In this document: one piece after another, positions 31,916 to 43,263 of the stretch | Position numbering within the stretch: position 1 is the stretch's first letter | Layout of the letters: every line of letters begins with the position of its first letter | NCBI GenBank assembly: GCA_963703275.1 | Contig: OY969804.1 | Span: forward strand, 211,154-275,153 | Length of the DNA stretch: 64,000 bases | Direction of reading: 5' to 3' | Source of the DNA: an uncultured Actinomycetes bacterium | Lineage (GTDB): Bacteria > Actinomycetota > Thermoleophilia > Gaiellales > JAICJC01 | Notes under the pieces: generated by a model | What the model was told of the DNA's origin: nothing | Seen by the model: the letters and a program-made list of their open reading frames with translations, nothing else | Databases searched by the model: none | Made by a program: the position numbers and the translations under genes

Positions 31916-33088
31916 ATGACACGGCAGCCGCGAGTGGTCTACTGGGTGGTCTTCCTCGACGCCCTGCTCATGTTCGCGATCGTCCCGCTGCTCCCGGGCT
32001 ACGTGCGCGACCTGCACCTGACCAAGACCGAGGCCGGCCTGATCGTCGGCATCTACAGCGGTGCGGTGCTGGTGGGATCGGTCCCCGTCGGGTACCTGGC
32101 CGCCCGGGTCGGCGCCCGCCGCCTGACGATCTTCGGCGTCGCACTGCTCGCGGTGGCGACGTTCGGATGCGGCTTCGCGGGCGGGTTCTGGCCGCTGATG
32201 GCCGCGCGCATCGGCCAGGGGCTGTCGTCGGCCGTGTCGTGGACGGCCGGCATGGCCTGGCTGTCGGAGGGCACACCGCCCCAGAGCCGCGGCCGGGTGC
32301 TGGGGACGGCGATGTCGTTTGCGACGGTGGGGACGCTGATCGGGCCGGTCGCCGGCGGCGTGCTCGGCGGCGCGTACGGTCCGCGCACGCCGTTCACACT
32401 CCTCGGCTGCGTCGCGGTCGGGCTGACCGTGGCCGTCGCGCGCGCCCCCGCCGGAGCGCCGGACGTGCGACCGCTGGCCTTCGGGAGTCTGCTGCGTGCG
32501 GTCGGTGCGAGTCGCGGCGTGGTGACGGCGCTCGTGATGATGCTGCTGGTGGCGACCGTGTCGGGCACCCTCGAGACGCTGGTGCCGCTGCGGCTGGGCA
32601 CCGACGGGTACTCGGCCGTCGCCATCACCGTCGTGCTGACGGCGGCGGGCGTGGTCGCCAGCGTGGCCACCTACGCCACCGGCCGCGTCTTCGACCGGCT
32701 GGGCGGAGTCCCGATCGCGATCATGTCGATCGTGGCGATGGCCGCGTTCGTGGCCGCGCTGGCCGTCGCCCAGACGGCGCTGCAGTTGTCGGTGGTGTTC
32801 GTCGCCTCCACCCTGCCGATCACCGGCCAGTACGCGGTCGCCTTCCCGCTCTGCGCCGAGGGCGCCGATCAGGCCGGGCTCGCGCATGCCAACGTGTTCG
32901 GGTTGCTCAACCTGGCGTGGGGGGCCGGCTTTCTGGTCGGCCCCGCCGCGGGTGCGGCGCTCGCCCAATCGACCTCCGACCGGCTCACATACCTCACCCT
33001 GGTGGTCCTGTCCCTGGCGGTGGCAGGCGTCCTGCGGCTATTGGCACTCTCGCACAAGGAGTGCCAACCATCCCGGTTGAACGCCTGA
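31916..33088 (+). CDS. MFS transporter
   Basis: Twelve-TM pattern, GYLAARVGARR motif A, ARIGQG; TAGGGT 7 nt before ATG. Confidence 0.88.
   Translation: MTRQPRVVYWVVFLDALLMFAIVPLLPGYVRDLHLTKTEAGLIVGIYSGAVLVGSVPVGYLAARVGARRLTIFGVALLAVATFGCGFAGGFWPLMAARIGQGLSSAVSWTAGMAWLSEGTPPQSRGRVLGTAMSFATVGTLIGPVAGGVLGGAYGPRTPFTLLGCVAVGLTVAVARAPAGAPDVRPLAFGSLLRAVGASRGVVTALVMMLLVATVSGTLETLVPLRLGTDGYSAVAITVVLTAAGVVASVATYATGRVFDRLGGVPIAIMSIVAMAAFVAALAVAQTALQLSVVFVASTLPITGQYAVAFPLCAEGADQAGLAHANVFGLLNLAWGAGFLVGPAAGAALAQSTSDRLTYLTLVVLSLAVAGVLRLLALSHKECQPSRLNA
33041..33067 (+). promoter_or_regulatory. CIRCE element 1 (HrcA operator)
   Basis: TTGGCACTC-N9-GAGTGCCAA. Confidence 0.92.
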
Positions 33089-33105
33089 CAGACGGCTGCT
33101 ATGCT
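33077..33105 (+). promoter_or_regulatory. Sigma-70-type groES promoter
   Basis: TTGAAC-N17-TATGCT between the two CIRCE boxes. Confidence 0.75.
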
Positions 33106-33110
33106 GCCCA

Positions 33111-33137
33111 CTGGCACTCCGAGAGGGAGAGTGCCAG
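33111..33137 (+). promoter_or_regulatory. CIRCE element 2 (HrcA operator)
   Basis: CTGGCACTC-N9-GAGTGCCAG. Confidence 0.9.
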
Positions 33138-33172
33138 ATCCAAGGAAACCGGTCCGTTCTCAGGAGGAATGC

Positions 33173-35118
<1,946 letters not shown>

Positions 35119-35122
35119 GCAT

Positions 35123-35209
35123 CACGGGGGGAACCCGGTTCCCCCCGTGGGCCCCCCCGTGGGGCGGAAGAAACGGTTGTGAGAGGCGGGGAGCCAGGCT
35201 CCCCGCCTC
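35123..35209. terminator. Two GC-rich inverted repeats between convergent groEL and M42 genes
   Basis: CACGGGGGGAAC-CCG-GTTCCCCCCGTG (35123-35149) and GAGGCGGGGAGCC-A-GGCTCCCCGCCTC (35183-35209). Confidence 0.6.
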
Positions 35210-35233
35210 AGCCGTTTAAGAGCAAAAGAACCG

Positions 35234-36313
35234 TCAGGGGATGCCGTTTGTGGCGACGTTCTCGATGAAGGCCACGATCAGCTGGATCGCGCCCTCCACG
35301 TCGTCGACGTCGACGCAGCCGACGGCGGAGTGGATGTAGCGGGACGGAACCGAGATGCAGCCGGTGAGCACTCCGGTGCCGCTGAGCGAGATGGCCCATG
35401 CGTCCGTGGCGCCCCCCAACAGCACCTCGCGCTGGTAGGAGATGCCCGCCGCCTCGGCGACCTGCTCCAACCGGTCGGTGAGCCGCCGCGGCACCGCGCT
35501 GCCGTATCCGATTCCCGGCGCCCAGTCGAAGTACTTGATCGCCGGGCCCTTGCCCAGGCGGATCGGCAGGCGTGAGTAGTCGACCCCGGGCGTGTCTCCG
35601 CACAGGGTGACGTCGATTGCGAGCGCAACGTCGGGAACGATCCGGGTTGCAGCCGGCCCGGCGCCGCGGATGCCGAGCTCCTCCTGCACGGCCGCGGTCG
35701 CCCACACGGTCGCGGCGGTGTCCTTGGACAGCCGGCGCATCACCTCGATCATCACCGCGCAGCCCGAGCGGTCGTCCACGGCCTTGCCGGTGAAGACGCG
35801 GGTGCCGTTCAGCATCCCGGCCTCCCGCGCGAACGTGACCCGGTCGCCGACGAACACGCCGAGCTCCTCGGTCTGGTCGCGGCTGGAGGTGCCGAGGTCG
35901 ACGAACATCTCGTCGAGCCGGATGGCCTGCTTCGCCTCTTCGGGCGTGACCACGTGGGCCGGCTTTGCCCCGGTGACGCCGTCCACGGGCCCCTTGCGGC
36001 CGTGGATGCGCAGATCCTGGTCGATCACCATGCGGTCGTCGTGGAAGCCGATGGGCGCAATGCGGACGAAGCCCTCGTCCTCGATGTGCTGGACGACGAA
36101 GCCCAGCTCGTCCATGTGCGCGCACAGCATCACCGTCGGAGCGCCCTCCGGTCCGGTGTGGACGAAGAAGTGGTTTCCGAGCGGGTCGGATTCGTGCCGG
36201 TCGTGATGTCCGGCGAGCTCGGCGGCGATGAGATCGGCGACCGCCGACTCGTCGCCGGAGACGCCGGAGACCGCATCGAGGCGGCCGAGGAGTTCGGGAA
36301 GGTGTTCAGGCAT
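35234..36313 (-). CDS. M42 family metallopeptidase
   Basis: AHMDELG, GKAVDDRSG, VQEELGIRGA, GGATD, PSRYIHS. Confidence 0.92.
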   Translation of the reverse strand: MPEHLPELLGRLDAVSGVSGDESAVADLIAAELAGHHDRHESDPLGNHFFVHTGPEGAPTVMLCAHMDELGFVVQHIEDEGFVRIAPIGFHDDRMVIDQDLRIHGRKGPVDGVTGAKPAHVVTPEEAKQAIRLDEMFVDLGTSSRDQTEELGVFVGDRVTFAREAGMLNGTRVFTGKAVDDRSGCAVMIEVMRRLSKDTAATVWATAAVQEELGIRGAGPAATRIVPDVALAIDVTLCGDTPGVDYSRLPIRLGKGPAIKYFDWAPGIGYGSAVPRRLTDRLEQVAEAAGISYQREVLLGGATDAWAISLSGTGVLTGCISVPSRYIHSAVGCVDVDDVEGAIQLIVAFIENVATNGIP

Positions 36314-36331
36314 GCCGCCTACCCTACCCGG
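36314..36331. promoter_or_regulatory. Overlapping divergent -10 boxes for M42 and AlkA genes
   Basis: Plus TACCCT (36320-36325) 6 nt before GTG 36332; minus TAGGGT (36321-36326) 7 nt before ATG 36313. Confidence 0.6.
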
Positions 36332-37132
36332 GTGCAGATCGACCTGCCCCAGCCATACGACTTCCACCGCTCGACGTTCCGGTTTCGCACGTTCGGGGAG
36401 GACGCCGCGAGCGTCTGGCACGACGGCGGGCTCTACCGGGTGCTGCGCTCGGGCCGGGCGGTGCGGATCTCCTCGGACGGCGTGCACGGCGACGCCCCGA
36501 TCAGCGCCGCCGACAGAGACGAGGTGCTGCACCTGCTGGGGGCCGGGTTCGACCTGGCGGCGTTCGCGCGCGCACAGCCCCTGATCGCGGCCCGCGCACC
36601 GGGACTCCGGCCGCCGCTTCTGGCCGACCCGTTCGAAGCGCTGGTGACGTTCGTGACCGCGCAGCAGGTATCGCTTCTGGCGGCGTGCGCGATCCGGGGC
36701 CGGTTCGTGCGCCGCTTCGGCCGGCGGGTGGAGCTGGACGGTGTCGAGGTGTGGGCCTTCCCGCGGCAGGGGGCCGTCGCCGGAGCGGACCTCGAGGGCG
36801 TCGGGCTGTCACGGGCCAAGATCCGGGCGATCTCGGCACTGGCCGGGGCCGACCTCGACGTGGCCGGGCTGGATGACGACGCGGTGCGCCTGCGACTGCT
36901 GGCGCTTCCGGGCATCGGCGGCTGGACGGTCGACTGGTTCATGGCCCGCTGCCTGGGCCGGCCGGACGCCTTCGCCCCCGGCGACCTGGGCGTGCGCAAG
37001 GCGGTGGCGAGATGGTTCTCGGACGACCCGATCTGGCCGGAGCAGCGCGTCCGCGAGGCATGCTCAAACTTCGGCGGGCACGCGAACCTGGCGGTCCACT
37101 ACCTGCTCGCCCCAGCCCCACCCGCTGAATAA
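36332..37132 (+). CDS. alkA: DNA-3-methyladenine glycosylase II (AlkA family)
   Basis: DPFEALVTFVTAQQVS, HhH LLALPGIGGWT, GDLGVRKA. Confidence 0.85.
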   Translation: MQIDLPQPYDFHRSTFRFRTFGEDAASVWHDGGLYRVLRSGRAVRISSDGVHGDAPISAADRDEVLHLLGAGFDLAAFARAQPLIAARAPGLRPPLLADPFEALVTFVTAQQVSLLAACAIRGRFVRRFGRRVELDGVEVWAFPRQGAVAGADLEGVGLSRAKIRAISALAGADLDVAGLDDDAVRLRLLALPGIGGWTVDWFMARCLGRPDAFAPGDLGVRKAVARWFSDDPIWPEQRVREACSNFGGHANLAVHYLLAPAPPAE

Positions 37133-37156
37133 ATGGGGCCAGGCCCCAATTATTCA
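37126..37156. repeat. 31-bp palindromic element, copy B
   Basis: TGAATA-AAT-GGGGCC-A-GGCCCC-AAT-TATTCA; supplies the alkA TAA stop. Confidence 0.85.
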
Positions 37157-37159
37157 CGG

Positions 37160-38317
37160 TCAGGGGGTGAACGTGCGGGCCGTGTAGGTGATCATCACCA
37201 GCGCCCCCATGAGGAGCGGGAACGCCGTCTTTACCAGCGTGTCCACCCGCTCGTCCTCGCCCAGGTCGGCCAGCGCCCAGAAGAACGGGAAGCCGACCAT
37301 GCCGAACCGGCCCATCGAGACCAGCAGGCCGCCGCTCGTCGGCAGGATCACCATCAGCCCCGCGAAGATCAGGTACTCGCCCGGCATCCGCATCCGCCAG
37401 GCGCGATAGAAGAGCCCGCACCAGAAGAGCGTGAAGGCGACGTGCACCAGGAAGCGGAGATGGCCGCCCTCGAGCACGTCGTGCCACAGCGTGTAGACCA
37501 CCACCCACGGCAGCACCGAGACGCCGCGGCCCCAGCCGCGCGCCTGTGCGTCGGGGCTCGCCATGAAGTTGCCTGTGCGCCAGCCCAGGTAGAGGAAGAA
37601 CGCGAGCTCGGCCGCGGGCAGCAGGAGCAGCGGCAGGTATGCCTGCCAGCGCCAGCCCTCGCTGCGATAGCGGCGCCAGGCCAGAGCCGGGAGGAGCGCG
37701 ATCCCGACCGGCCGGGCGAGCACCGAGAGCGCGGCGACCGCGCAGCCCGACCACCAGCGGCCGTGCCAGGTGAGCACGAAGGCCAGGAGGGCCAGCAGCA
37801 GGAACAGGCTCTCGGCGTAGGGCAGCGAGAACACGAAGCTCAGCGGGAAGATCGCGAGGTAGAGCACGGTGCGGCGGGCGATGCGCTCGTCGTAGCGGCG
37901 CACCGTGATCGTGTACAGGATGCACAGCGCGGCGCCGAACTCGAGCGACGAGAGCACGCTGCCCCAGAGCGTCATCGGCCCGGGCAGGACGGAGACGACC
38001 CTCCATGTGAGCGGATACAGGGGGTAGAACGCGGCCGTGTTCCCGTGTCCAATGGCCGGGTCGTATCCGTGCTCGGCGATCCAGCGGTACCAGACGGCGT
38101 CCCACTGTCCGAGCGGCCCGAAGAGCGCGTGGTAAGAGATGCCCGACTCGCGCGGGATCCGCGCCGTCCACCCGGCAGCGGCGATCAGGCCGTACACCGC
38201 GAGCCGGCTCAGGGCGAACACCGTCAGCGGATAGCGCAGCGACCCGGCCAGCGCCCGCGCATCGATCCGTTCCGGAGGATCGGGCGTGGCCGACGCGGCG
38301 ACGAGGGTGTCGCTCAT
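37160..38317 (-). CDS. GT-C mannosyltransferase, PIG-V-like family
   Basis: WDAVWYRWIAEHGY, AFYPLYP, YAESLFL, ARPVG, MGRF. Confidence 0.82.
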   Translation of the reverse strand: MSDTLVAASATPDPPERIDARALAGSLRYPLTVFALSRLAVYGLIAAAGWTARIPRESGISYHALFGPLGQWDAVWYRWIAEHGYDPAIGHGNTAAFYPLYPLTWRVVSVLPGPMTLWGSVLSSLEFGAALCILYTITVRRYDERIARRTVLYLAIFPLSFVFSLPYAESLFLLLALLAFVLTWHGRWWSGCAVAALSVLARPVGIALLPALAWRRYRSEGWRWQAYLPLLLLPAAELAFFLYLGWRTGNFMASPDAQARGWGRGVSVLPWVVVYTLWHDVLEGGHLRFLVHVAFTLFWCGLFYRAWRMRMPGEYLIFAGLMVILPTSGGLLVSMGRFGMVGFPFFWALADLGEDERVDTLVKTAFPLLMGALVMITYTARTFTP

Positions 38318-39171
38318 TCGGGCAGCCCCAGCCGCCGCCACAAGTAGCGGACGCCGAAGACGCAGACCACGGCGTAGATGCCGCCGATGATCAGGTCGGT
38401 GACGTAGTGGTTTGCGGTGTACACGACCGCGATCGACTGCACGATCGGGTAGAGCAGCGCCGGTGCTGTCACCCACCAGCGCCAGCGGGTGTTCCACGCC
38501 AGCATGGCCACGAACAGAAATACCAGCATCGCGTAGCCCTCGTGAAGCGACGGGATCGCGGCGTACGGGTTGCCGGCCACGAGCTGGTACAGGGGGCCTG
38601 AACTGGTCGGGAGCGGGGAGCTCGCCGCCTGCACCCCGGCCGGGTTGGCCAGCGGCGGGATCAGGCCCTTGGCCGCCGCCGCCCACGGCGGCGCCGCCGG
38701 GTACAGCCAGAACGTGAACGCCCCGGCGTAGGACAGCACGAGCAGCGTTGCGGCGAAGCGGTAGTAGAGCGCCCGCCGCTTCAGCCACAGCCCGAACGCC
38801 AGCGTCGGCGGCACGATGAAGTGCACCCGCGTCATCAGCGAGAGAAACTGGTCGTACCACTGCAGCGTTCCCTTCCACATCCAGTGCTGCAGCACCACCG
38901 TCGGGACATGCCCGAAGAAGAGGAACTTCTCGATGTCGAGCTGGGGCCGGTAGTAGGGACTGGGGTGCAGGGTGTGGGCGATTCCGCGAGACTCCTCGTA
39001 CAGGACGATCAGAAGCACGAAGGGGACCCAATCGAGCATGAACCGGCGGCCCCGGCCCAGGACGAGGGCGGGAGCCAGCAGCACCAGGACGTAGCGGTCG
39101 GGGGTGAGCGACACCCCGAACGTCAGGATCTGCGCGAGCAGAGCGACCGCGAAGGCGACTCCGGCGAGCAC
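38314..39171 (-). CDS. PAP2-superfamily, AUR1/IPC-synthase-like membrane phosphotransferase
   Basis: YPAAPPW, AAIPSLH, NHYVTD; start approximate. Confidence 0.82.
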   Translation of the reverse strand: MLAGVAFAVALLAQILTFGVSLTPDRYVLVLLAPALVLGRGRRFMLDWVPFVLLIVLYEESRGIAHTLHPSPYYRPQLDIEKFLFFGHVPTVVLQHWMWKGTLQWYDQFLSLMTRVHFIVPPTLAFGLWLKRRALYYRFAATLLVLSYAGAFTFWLYPAAPPWAAAAKGLIPPLANPAGVQAASSPLPTSSGPLYQLVAGNPYAAIPSLHEGYAMLVFLFVAMLAWNTRWRWWVTAPALLYPIVQSIAVVYTANHYVTDLIIGGIYAVVCVFGVRYLWRRLGLPE

Positions 39172-39189
39172 CGCCGTTGGACGATCGAT

Positions 39190-40605
39190 GTGGCGGCGCG
39201 GTGGCCCCCAGCGCTCGCCGTCGTCGCCGCCATGGCGCTTGCGGTGCTCGTCCGGCTGCCCTTCTTCCGCACTCCGCTCACCGCCGACGAGGGTGGGTAC
39301 GCCGAGGTTGCCCGGCTCTGGAGCCGTGGCGCCGTCCTGTACGGGAATGCCTGGGTCGACCGCCCGCAGGGCTTGCTGCTCGTCTTTCGGGCGATGCTCC
39401 ATATCGATGGCGGCTCCGCGGAGGCGTTGCGCGCGCTTGCTGCCGTGGCGGCGGCGCTGCTGGCCGCCGTGACCATGGTGGTCACCGCCAGGCTGGCGGG
39501 GAGGATACCCGCAACCATCGCAGGCCTGACGATGGCAACCGTCGGCGGGTCGCCGTTCATCGAGTCGTTCACGCTCTCGGGCGAGCTGCTCGCTGCCCTG
39601 GTTGCCGTTGCCTCGATGCTGGCGTTCGTGCTCTATCTGCAGGGCGGGGCGATGCGGTGGCTGGTGGTGGCGGGGCTCCTGACCGGCTGTGCCGTGCTCG
39701 TGAAGCAGTCGGCCTTCGACGCCGGGGCCGCCGCCGCCGTGTACCTCGTGTGGACGCGGCGGCGGGCGGGGCTCGCCCCGGCGGCGGTGCTGGTGGCGGC
39801 CGCGTTCACACCCGTCGCGATCGCGGCATTGAGCGCGCCGAACTTCCAAGACTGGTGGTACGCGATGGTCACCTACCGCGACCAGGCCGACTCGATCCTG
39901 ACCGGATCGTTCAGCGCCCGGCTGCACCAGGCGCGCGATTCGCTCGGGCCGGCGGCGCGCGGCCTCGGCGTCCTCGCCATCGTGGCCGTGATGGGCTGGC
40001 GGCGCTGGCCGCTGCTCGGCGTTCTGTGGCTCGGGTTCGCGACGCTCGCCGTGATCGGCGGCGGCAACTTCCACAACCATTACTACCAGCAGATGGTGCC
40101 GCCGCTGGCGCTCCTGGCGGGGATCGGCGGAGCCGAGCTGTGGCGCCGGCGCAGCCCCGCGGGGATCGCCGTCGTCGCGGCCGCGGTGGCCGTGACGGCG
40201 ATCGTGACCGTGCCGCTGTGGTTCGACTCGCCCAACGCCCAGGCGCGCGTTGTCTTCCCGGCCGACCCGCACCTGACGACGGACGCCGCAGTTGTCCGCT
40301 ACATCCGTGCGCACACGAACCCGCACCAGCGCATCTTCGTGATGTGGGCCGCGGCCGACATCTACTACCTGGCCGACCGCGATCCCGCCCTGCGCTACAT
40401 GTGGTTCCGCAACATCCAGGCCATCCCGGGGGCGCTCGGCCAGGCGCGCCGGATGCTGGCAGGCCGGCGGCCGCCGGCGCTCGTCGTCCAGATCAACTCG
40501 CCGGGATCAATGGACCCGTCGGGCCGGGTCGCCGCCATCCTCGCCCGCCGGTACCGGCTGGCGGCGACGGTCGCCGGCGTGCCGATCTACGCCCCTCGCT
40601 CGTAG
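39190..40605 (+). CDS. GT-C glycosyltransferase (ArnT/GT39/GT83-like)
   Basis: ADEGGY, VDRPQG, LVKQ, HYYQQ in a multi-TM protein; start approximate. Confidence 0.78.
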   Translation: MAARWPPALAVVAAMALAVLVRLPFFRTPLTADEGGYAEVARLWSRGAVLYGNAWVDRPQGLLLVFRAMLHIDGGSAEALRALAAVAAALLAAVTMVVTARLAGRIPATIAGLTMATVGGSPFIESFTLSGELLAALVAVASMLAFVLYLQGGAMRWLVVAGLLTGCAVLVKQSAFDAGAAAAVYLVWTRRRAGLAPAAVLVAAAFTPVAIAALSAPNFQDWWYAMVTYRDQADSILTGSFSARLHQARDSLGPAARGLGVLAIVAVMGWRRWPLLGVLWLGFATLAVIGGGNFHNHYYQQMVPPLALLAGIGGAELWRRRSPAGIAVVAAAVAVTAIVTVPLWFDSPNAQARVVFPADPHLTTDAAVVRYIRAHTNPHQRIFVMWAAADIYYLADRDPALRYMWFRNIQAIPGALGQARRMLAGRRPPALVVQINSPGSMDPSGRVAAILARRYRLAATVAGVPIYAPRS

Positions 40606-40608
40606 CGG

Positions 40609-41712
40609 CTACTCCGAGCAGATGCTCTGGATCAGCCGGACGCTGAGCTCGAGCCGTTGCTCGAGGGTCGCGACCTCGATCCACTCGGCCTCGGTGTGAT
40701 CGTCGCCTCCGACGGGCCCGAGGCCGTCCAGCGTCGGGATCCCCCACTCGCCCGTCCAGCAGCCGTCCGAGACCCCGCCCGAGCGCTCGGTGCCGATCGC
40801 GAGGCCGACGTCGCGGGCGTGGCGAAGGGCCAGCTCGACCAGTCCGGCGGCGACGGGCATCGGCGGCCACGTGCCGCGGTCGTCGAGCTCCGCCGTGACG
40901 CCCGGGTGGGTGCTCGGCCGCTCGAGCTCCGCCTCCGCGAACTCGAGGTCGGCGGCCACTCCCGAGCGGATGTCGATGGTGGCGCGGGCCTGGCCCGGGA
41001 CGGTGTTCGCCGCGTCCCCGCCTGTGACGGTGGTGATCACCGACGTCATATCGGGCCGGCCGTCCGCCAGGCCCTCGATGCGCAGCACCTCGCGGGCGAG
41101 CGCCGAGACCGCGCTGCGGCCGAGGGCGGTGTCGGCACCCGCGTGCGCCGGGCGCCCATGCAGGTAGAGGGTGCGCCAGAGCGCACCCTTGCGCGCCGAG
41201 ACGACGTCGCCGTTTCGGCGCCCGCACTCGAAGACGAGCGCGGCGGCGGCGCCGCGGGCGTGGTCGCTCGCGGCCGGCGCGCGCAGACGCACCTCCTCGT
41301 CGGCGCACACCAGCAGGCGCAGCTCCGAGAACGGTCGCGTCGGCAGCGCGGCCAGCCGTTCCATCGCCATGGCCGCGAGCACCAGGCCGCCCTTCATGTC
41401 GGCCACACCGGGGCCGGTGCAGCGATCGCCGTCGCGCCGGAACCGCCAGCCCCTGGTCGTCCCGGGCGGGAAGACGGTGTCGGGGTGGCCGAGCAGCGCC
41501 ACCATCGGGCCGCCGCCGCCGGGCAGGGTGACGACCAGGCTGCGGGCAGGGTTGTCGGGCTCATCCACCCACATCTGCGAGCACCCGGCCGGGGCGAGCC
41601 ACGCCGCCACCTGCTCGGCCACGTCCTCCTGCTCGGTGCCCTCCGACGGCGAGTCGGTGTCGACCAGCGCCTGCAGCCGGTCGCAGAACAGATCGGTGGG
41701 CGAGGCGGGCAA
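40609..41712 (-). CDS. M20 metallopeptidase (glutamate carboxypeptidase G2-like)
   Basis: GHPDTVFP, GVADMKGG, DEEV, GGVSDG, DHTEAE. Confidence 0.88.
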   Translation of the reverse strand: MPASPTDLFCDRLQALVDTDSPSEGTEQEDVAEQVAAWLAPAGCSQMWVDEPDNPARSLVVTLPGGGGPMVALLGHPDTVFPPGTTRGWRFRRDGDRCTGPGVADMKGGLVLAAMAMERLAALPTRPFSELRLLVCADEEVRLRAPAASDHARGAAAALVFECGRRNGDVVSARKGALWRTLYLHGRPAHAGADTALGRSAVSALAREVLRIEGLADGRPDMTSVITTVTGGDAANTVPGQARATIDIRSGVAADLEFAEAELERPSTHPGVTAELDDRGTWPPMPVAAGLVELALRHARDVGLAIGTERSGGVSDGCWTGEWGIPTLDGLGPVGGDDHTEAEWIEVATLEQRLELSVRLIQSICSE

Positions 41713-41760
41713 GGTGCGTCACTCTACCGGTGCGGACGGGGGCGGTAGTACCCTGCGGAC

Positions 41761-42552
41761 ATGGCAGCCGTGCTCGAGCGAGGGTTCCTGCGTGCGAGTG
41801 GCCGCGACGCGGTCGCCTACCTGCAGAGCATGCTGACCAACGACGTCGAGGCGCTCGCGCCGGGGGCGGGCACGTACGCACTGCTGCTCACTCCCAAGGC
41901 GCGCGTGATCTCCGATCTCGAGGTATTCCGCATCGGCGACGACCTGGTGCTCGCATGCCCGCCGGAGACGGTGGACGACGTCCTCGGCGCGCTCCTGCGG
42001 GCGCGCTTCCGAAAGCAGGTGGCGATCGAGCCGGCGGGGCATGCGCTCGTGTGGGGCGAGGCCGACGGCGCGCTCGCGCAGCTCGAGACTCCGATCGGGA
42101 CGGAGCGGCTGCTGGCGTCTGCCCCGAACGGCGGCGGCGCGGCGTCCGGCGAGGCCTTCGAGGTCGCCCGCATCGAGGCTGGCATCCCCCGCTACGGGCG
42201 CGAGTTCGACGGTGACTCGATGCCGGCCGAGGCCGGTCTCGTGGAGCGCGCGATCAGCTTCACCAAGGGCTGCTACCCCGGCCAGGAACCGGTGGCCCGG
42301 CTGCATTACCGCGGCCGCGCCAACCGCGGCCTGCGCGGCCTGCGCTTCACCGCGCCGGCGCCCGCGCCCGGAACCCGCGTGACCGTCGCCGGAGCGGACG
42401 TCGGCCGGGTGACGTCGGTCGCCGACTCCGAGCGGTTCGGGCCGATCGGCCTTGCCATCCTGCGGCGCGAGGTCGCAGACGGCGCGGATGGCGACGCCGG
42501 CGGAAGCACGCTTCAGGTCGTCTCGCTGCCCTTCGGCTCGTCCACCCAGTAG
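41761..42552 (+). CDS. ygfZ: YgfZ/GcvT-family folate-binding protein
   Basis: KGCYPGQE signature; TACCCT 6 nt before ATG. Confidence 0.85.
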   Translation: MAAVLERGFLRASGRDAVAYLQSMLTNDVEALAPGAGTYALLLTPKARVISDLEVFRIGDDLVLACPPETVDDVLGALLRARFRKQVAIEPAGHALVWGEADGALAQLETPIGTERLLASAPNGGGAASGEAFEVARIEAGIPRYGREFDGDSMPAEAGLVERAISFTKGCYPGQEPVARLHYRGRANRGLRGLRFTAPAPAPGTRVTVAGADVGRVTSVADSERFGPIGLAILRREVADGADGDAGGSTLQVVSLPFGSSTQ

Positions 42553-43013
42553 CCCACAGCGTCGCTCCGCCGCACCATCACGTCGTCGGCTTTGTTGCCG
42601 GTCCAGATCCCGATCTTGTTGCTATCGGGGTAGACGCTGGCCGCTGTCTTGCTCTTGGTCGAGGCCATCAGCACCCTGACCGTGTCGGGGGTGCGGTTGC
42701 GCACCGCGTGTGCGCCTTCGGGGCCCTCGGGGAAGCAGATCACGTCACACGGCTCGAGCTCGTCCTCGCCCTCGGGATGGCGCAGCGTCGGCCGGCCCTG
42801 AAGCACGATCAGCCACTCCTCGTCGCCATATTCGTAGTGATACGGGCAGATCGCCTGGCCGGGCGGGAGCTCGTACACGCTGATGCCGAACAGGGCGCCG
42901 CCGATCAGCGGGCCGATGCGCAGCATCCCGGCCCGGAATCCCTCGGGATCGTCGCCGTCGTAGGCGAAGGCGGGGTCGGCGATGTTGAGCCTCCGCCTGG
43001 AGAGATGGGTCAT
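42513..43013 (-). CDS. Cupin domain protein
   Basis: PYHYEYGDEEWLIVLQG...GAHAVRN...YPDSNKI. Confidence 0.85.
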   Translation of the reverse strand: MTHLSRRRLNIADPAFAYDGDDPEGFRAGMLRIGPLIGGALFGISVYELPPGQAICPYHYEYGDEEWLIVLQGRPTLRHPEGEDELEPCDVICFPEGPEGAHAVRNRTPDTVRVLMASTKSKTAASVYPDSNKIGIWTGNKADDVMVRRSDAVGYWVDEPKGSETT

Positions 43014-43070
43014 CCCCAGCCCCCGCGCGCCCGGCCGCCGCCCACGGCGGTGGAGAGGCAGCAGACTGGC

Positions 43071-43246
43071 GGCGCTGCGGCTGCGAACTGTCGCCTCGCG
43101 CGTGGTGCGTCTGCGTAATCGCAGACGCACCACGACCGCCTCAAGGCTCCGCCTTGACGCTTCTCGGTCGCGCCCATACTTGAACCAGTATGAACGCTCC
43201 CTGCGTCCTTGCGATGCTCGGTTCTCGCCGCCCGGGCCATCACGGG
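43071..43246. repeat. About 176-bp structured dispersed repeat, copy 2
   Basis: Direct copy of 3283-3459 with compensatory stem changes. Confidence 0.9.
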
Positions 43247-43263
43247 GATTGGGGATAACCCAT

